From a virus, in the IMG/VR virus record IMGVR_UViG_3300020201_000015, positions 1 to 64,000 of that record: DNA of 64,000 nt, one strand, 5' to 3'. Within the stretch, counting starts at the first letter, position 1. Each line of letters begins with the position of its first letter. Shown piece by piece: positions 60,013 to 64,000 of the stretch. Position numbers and translations under genes: made by a program. The notes beneath the pieces are model-generated. The model was given only the letters and a program-made list of their open reading frames with translations. It was not told the DNA's origin and ran no database searches.

Positions 60013-60979
60013 TGGCCCGTTGGAAGTGCCCCCACTGTGGTACCGAAGGATGGGATAACGGACCCCGCCCCGCCCATATGCAAGACCCTAGGAGAGACCA
60101 CGATCGCCCTTCAGGGGGAAAGTGCAAAAAGAGCGAAGTCCAAAAACCTGCTGTCGATCCACAAATGTATGTGTCCGAGTATGTCCCTTTTTGGTGCAAC
60201 CCCCTTCCCAAGCCCCTTGCCTAGACCTCCGCCCGAATGCTCTACTAACTAGGCCCCATGCTCTAGGAGGTGGCCCTTGCAATCTTACGGATGGGGCGGC
60301 AGTCGGAGCCGCCCCGAAGGGTTTGCAGACGGTGACAACCCGTCCGCCGCTACGGTGGAGCGGCGCAGGAAAGCCGACATCGGCTTTCTAGCTTGGGTCC
60401 GCGAGGCGACGCCGGCTGACCTGGAGGCATCTCTACCTGCGATGAGGGGCTGGAAGAGGGTAGCCGTGGAGCGCCGGCTCAAGGCTATGGCAGCGCGGCC
60501 GCCAGCGTAGGGAGCCACCCGCTCACGTCGGGCTCGTCGCACTCGGCCGACTCCGCGCGCGCGTCGCACGCAGCGCCGAGCACGATGCGCGCCTCGGTGG
60601 GTCGCAGGTCAGCCAGCGGGCCCGATCACCAGTCGCAGCGGTCTCGCCCGCAGTCCCAGCAGCGCCGCCGGTAGGCGTCGTGGTAGCTCCGCGCCACGCC
60701 TACGCCACGCCCCGGGCCATCTCCGCTTCGCGCCGCTCGACGCCGCGCCGCAACCGGTGCCGATACTCGCCGTCGGTCTCGACGTCGCGGCGAGCGGCGT
60801 CGACGCCGAGTGCCGCCGCCAGCCTGGCCAGCGCGCCGAGCTCGACGACCTGCAAGTCACCGCCTCGCAGACGGATCGTTAGCGCCGACTGGTCGCCGAG
60901 CGGGCGGGTCGGCTTGCTGCGGCGGATGCGGTTGGATGCGCTGGGCATGACGTAAGCTGTGGACGATGCGCAGCCGCCG

Positions 60980-62473
60980 TCAAGACGCCAGTACAGCAGC
61001 CCCGTTGGCTGCCGTATGCGACCCGGAGATAGCGATCTCCGCCGATGTTCTCACGTCAGGCCCGATCAGGAAGGCCCCTGTGGCCGGGGTGCCGACGGCT
61101 GGGGGTAGCGCGACTGAGTAGACGAATCGAGCGCCGGCGTCGAGCCGCACCCCGATATTCGCAGGGTCCCCCCAAACACGCCCGAGGACGACGTCGACGG
61201 TGCCGAGTTGCTGGACGTCGATCGCTACGCTCGATCCCTTGATAGGCAACCCCAGCGTACACGTTGGATTGAATACCAAGTCCGCGCGATTCCCCCCGTA
61301 GCCGGTAGTCCCAACCAGAATCCCCGTCCCTGAAACGAACGTGTCCGACAATCCCAACTGTCCCCATAGTACTTGAGGGATATCGGTTAGAAGACAGCCG
61401 TAAAGGTCAACCTTGCCCTCCGTGACACGTAGCCGGCTAAGATGGCAAGCGAACAGCACAGGCGACGATCCAACGACGATGTCAAGCCCGTGTATAATGC
61501 AACCAGAGAACCCGCCGTAGGTCATGAGTGTGCGCACCCCGTGCGACCCCCCCGGGTTGCCAAACCTGACATCTGCCCACGTTTGCCCGTTTCCTTCGAG
61601 AGACTGGTAGCCGCTGGCGCCGATGCGCGGCACGTCATAGATCGTGAACGTGTCGCCGTTCGCAGGGTTCCCCCACTCTGCTACGTAGACGTCGATCGTA
61701 GATGCAGCCGGAGAGAACACGATGCGGCCGGCCCCAAGGTGCTCAACGATCAAGAAGATGTGGCCTGCGAAGGTGCCGCTCGTGAGAATGCACAGCTTGC
61801 CGACGTGTGAGGCGTCTACTCCCGCCACTGTCATTTCTCCGAACGTGCCCACTGCCCACGGCTGAATAGCCGTCACTACCCGATCTGCGAGAATTGTCGT
61901 CTTGCGACCCCGGAATAGAAGCGAGGCGGAAAGGGTCGTCGCGCTAGTTTTCCAAGTCATCGCATCTGGCACGTCGCCTATTATGTTGATCGTGACAGCC
62001 ACGCGGGCGACCCCGCCAGTGCGAGCGAGCATGCTGGTCGGCGTGGTTACGCGAGCCTCGGTCGTGCCGTCCGCCAATGGGTCGCCGGCACCAGATACGT
62101 ACCACACCGCCTGATTCTGCGCAGCGAGGCTCGGCGCGTCGATGTCCGCGACGGTCGCCGAGTCCACGATCCGCACGGCGGCCTGCACGATGAACACGCG
62201 AGACGTCGACGCAAGGTCAACGAGCGCGCCCGCGTTGCTGCTCGAGTAGACCTCGGCACGCGAGAGGGTGGATGGCGCGGTGAAGAGACCTCGGCCGACC
62301 TCCCACGCGTTGTTGGCAGCCTTGATGCGGTAGGCCACCTCGTCGCCGCTGGCCAGGTCGCCGTCTGTCACGGCCGCAGCGAACGACCTCGACCCAACGA
62401 CGGCGCCGGAGAGGGAGAGCGAGCCCGTGCCTAGCGTGGCGCACGATTCCTGGACGTTGTCGGCGTACTTCAT
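60980..62473 (-). CDS. Tail fibre/spike-like protein
   Basis: N-terminal DNVQE.....GTG, WEVG.G, SSNAG..V structural-protein motifs; C-terminal beta-helix-like region. Confidence 0.7.
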   Translation of the reverse strand: MKYADNVQESCATLGTGSLSLSGAVVGSRSFAAAVTDGDLASGDEVAYRIKAANNAWEVGRGLFTAPSTLSRAEVYSSSNAGALVDLASTSRVFIVQAAVRIVDSATVADIDAPSLAAQNQAVWYVSGAGDPLADGTTEARVTTPTSMLARTGGVARVAVTINIIGDVPDAMTWKTSATTLSASLLFRGRKTTILADRVVTAIQPWAVGTFGEMTVAGVDASHVGKLCILTSGTFAGHIFLIVEHLGAGRIVFSPAASTIDVYVAEWGNPANGDTFTIYDVPRIGASGYQSLEGNGQTWADVRFGNPGGSHGVRTLMTYGGFSGCIIHGLDIVVGSSPVLFACHLSRLRVTEGKVDLYGCLLTDIPQVLWGQLGLSDTFVSGTGILVGTTGYGGNRADLVFNPTCTLGLPIKGSSVAIDVQQLGTVDVVLGRVWGDPANIGVRLDAGARFVYSVALPPAVGTPATGAFLIGPDVRTSAEIAISGSHTAANGAAVLAS

Positions 62474-62760
62474 GGCGTTGCAAATCCTGACCCGCTGACG
62501 TTGGCGCTTGCTTCGACCGCTGCCACGACTGCACCTGTGCCAACCCAGCGAAAGCGCCAGTTGCCGGCCGCGACGTACGCCACGTCGACGTAGTAGTCGC
62601 CCGCGCTAGTGCGCACGATCTCTGCGTCGACGCCGTAAAGATACGATGTCTCCGTGCCGTTGGGCTGCCTGAACCTGAAGGCGATCGTGGTCGGGTCCGT
62701 TGCTACTCCGACAACGCGAAACTCCACGCTCGCCCGTACCGAACTGCCAAGGATGCTCAT
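62470..62760 (-). CDS. Small Ig-like/BppU-like virion protein
   Basis: DPT......P.G, G.YYVD, G.W.FRW.GTG. Confidence 0.6.
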   Translation of the reverse strand: MSILGSSVRASVEFRVVGVATDPTTIAFRFRQPNGTETSYLYGVDAEIVRTSAGDYYVDVAYVAAGNWRFRWVGTGAVVAAVEASANVSGSGFATP

Positions 62761-62984
62761 CCGCAAATCTCCAGAGTCATGGTGGCAACGTGTCGGCTAG
62801 AAAGGGCAATGTAGCATGAGTCGACCTCTTGAAGATCGAGGCTGGCCACCTGGCGGCCAAGCAGAGACATGGCGGCGACGTAGTGCTTCACGAACGCCGC
62901 GTGCGCGCAGCCAACGACGTAGCCAGGTTCTTCGTCCAGCGACGCGATGGGCGACCCGGCGATAGGACTGCCGCCGATGGTCAT
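62757..62984 (-). CDS. Small tail-associated protein
   Basis: IGGSPIAGSPIA start; coupled within the tail operon. Confidence 0.5.
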   Translation of the reverse strand: MTIGGSPIAGSPIASLDEEPGYVVGCAHAAFVKHYVAAMSLLGRQVASLDLQEVDSCYIALSSRHVATMTLEICG

Positions 62985-63150
62985 CCGCAGGCCCTCATGC
63001 TCATCGTCGCCGTGTGCCGCTCGACGATCATCGAGTGCGCGCAGCCTACGACGAACGCAGGTGCTGGCGTGGCTACCGTGCCGATGCCGAGCATGGCGAG
63101 CAGCCGCCGGCCGAAGCCTATCCCTTGGACAGCTAGCGCGCGCGGGTCGA

Positions 63151-64000
63151 TCACGGGATCCTCGTCACGGTGATGGTGCCCGCCGCGTCGACGACGGTCT
63201 GATCGATCTCCGACCCGTCGGCCGGTACGCGCCGCGTTGTGTTGGTGACCACCAGCGGCAGCGTCGGATCAAGGCCGAGGATGCGATACATCTCGAGCAG
63301 CATCGTCGACTGCGTCGGGGACAGGCCGCCCGAGCCTGCCGTGTTGAGCGCCCCGCCCATCGTGCCGGCGGCGGCGAACGACGCGGCGAGCGCGTTCCAG
63401 ACCGACGCGGCGACGTTGCTCGTCGTCAGCAACTCGCCCTCTCCGGTGATTGCCGCGGAGAGCGACCCGATGGCCCTGGCCGAGCCCGTCAGCGTCGTGC
63501 TGCCCGTGAGGATGGCAACCGCCGACGCGAGCGCGCCAAGGGCCCCAGCAAGGTCGCCGGAGCCCGATAGCGAGGCCGACAGGACGAGAGCTCCCACGAC
63601 GCTGGCGGACAGGTCCCCAGACCCAGCGAGGGCGGCTTGCGCCTGCACGACGAGCCCCATCGCGCCGGTGAGGTCGCCCGCTCCCGAGAGAGCCGCCACA
63701 GCGAACACCACGAGCCCCATCGCGCCAGTGATGTTGCCCGCCCCGACCATGGCCGAGGCTACGACCCCGATCCCGACGATGGGCGCCGCGATGTCGGTGG
63801 AGCCTGACAGCGCCGCAGCCGCCGACGCGATGGCGGTGGCCGCTGCCGTGAGGTCGCCAGCGCCGAGCAGGGCCGCCGCAAGCGCAGCCTTCGCTGTCAC
63901 GCTCGCCACAAGGTCGCCCGCTCCCGTGATCCCAGCCGCGCCGTAGAGACCGCCTGCGAGATTGGCCGCGACGATGTTGCCGTTGCCGTCGACCTCGCCA
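63151..64000 (-). CDS. Ala/Gly-rich repetitive tail protein (5' end outside window)
   Basis: Repeated L.G.GDL.. units of about 19 aa; frame stays open to the window edge. Confidence 0.7.
   Translation of the reverse strand, partial: GEVDGNGNIVAANLAGGLYGAAGITGAGDLVASVTAKAALAAALLGAGDLTAAATAIASAAAALSGSTDIAAPIVGIGVVASAMVGAGNITGAMGLVVFAVAALSGAGDLTGAMGLVVQAQAALAGSGDLSASVVGALVLSASLSGSGDLAGALGALASAVAILTGSTTLTGSARAIGSLSAAITGEGELLTTSNVAASVWNALAASFAAAGTMGGALNTAGSGGLSPTQSTMLLEMYRILGLDPTLPLVVTNTTRRVPADGSEIDQTVVDAAGTITVTRIP

Larger units (their letters stand above)
54068..60224 (+). other. Array of about 20 small, mostly overlap-coupled early genes of unknown function
   Basis: Examples: 54068-54268, 54265-54510, 54603-55127, 55215-55436, 55433-55681, 55777-55998, 55995-56417, 56414-56698, 56695-57066, 57706-58023, 58109-58525, 58522-59076, 59073-59279. 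Confidence 0.7.

Noticed and set aside
45000-60300. Canonical CRISPR array near the cas genes
   Set aside because: No regularly spaced 25-40 bp repeats with spacer-sized gaps were seen; the repeats present are hundreds to thousands of bases apart. An array outside the window cannot be excluded.

Overview
About 64 kb of a high-GC tailed dsDNA phage genome, probably circularly permuted. A Cys-rich lipoprotein suggests a myxobacterial (Polyangiaceae-like) host. The minus-strand arm (1-36.3 kb) carries head/neck genes (Mu-like portal and gp36, HK97-type protease and capsid), the terminase large subunit, a replication initiator with DnaB, nucleotide-metabolism enzymes (MazG-like, HD, SLOG), two DNA methyltransferases, an RNA ligase and ParB-like proteins. 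The plus-strand arm (36.5-60.3 kb) carries early genes, a Sak4-like ATPase/nuclease/SSB recombination module and the main finding: a type IV-B-like Cas module (csf1, Cas11-like-csf2 fusion, csf3) that also has a cas6. It is followed by a methyltransferase, a helicase-like gene, IbrA/IbrB-like genes and a CysH-like gene. No CRISPR array is visible. Directly downstream lies an array of small genes punctuated by copies of a palindromic sigma70-type promoter (four in the window) and three copies of a conserved RNA hairpin, most sharing one leader motif. Tail-fibre-type genes enter from the right edge on the minus strand. No integrase, transposase or tRNA was recognised. All calls come from reading motifs by eye; no searches were run.
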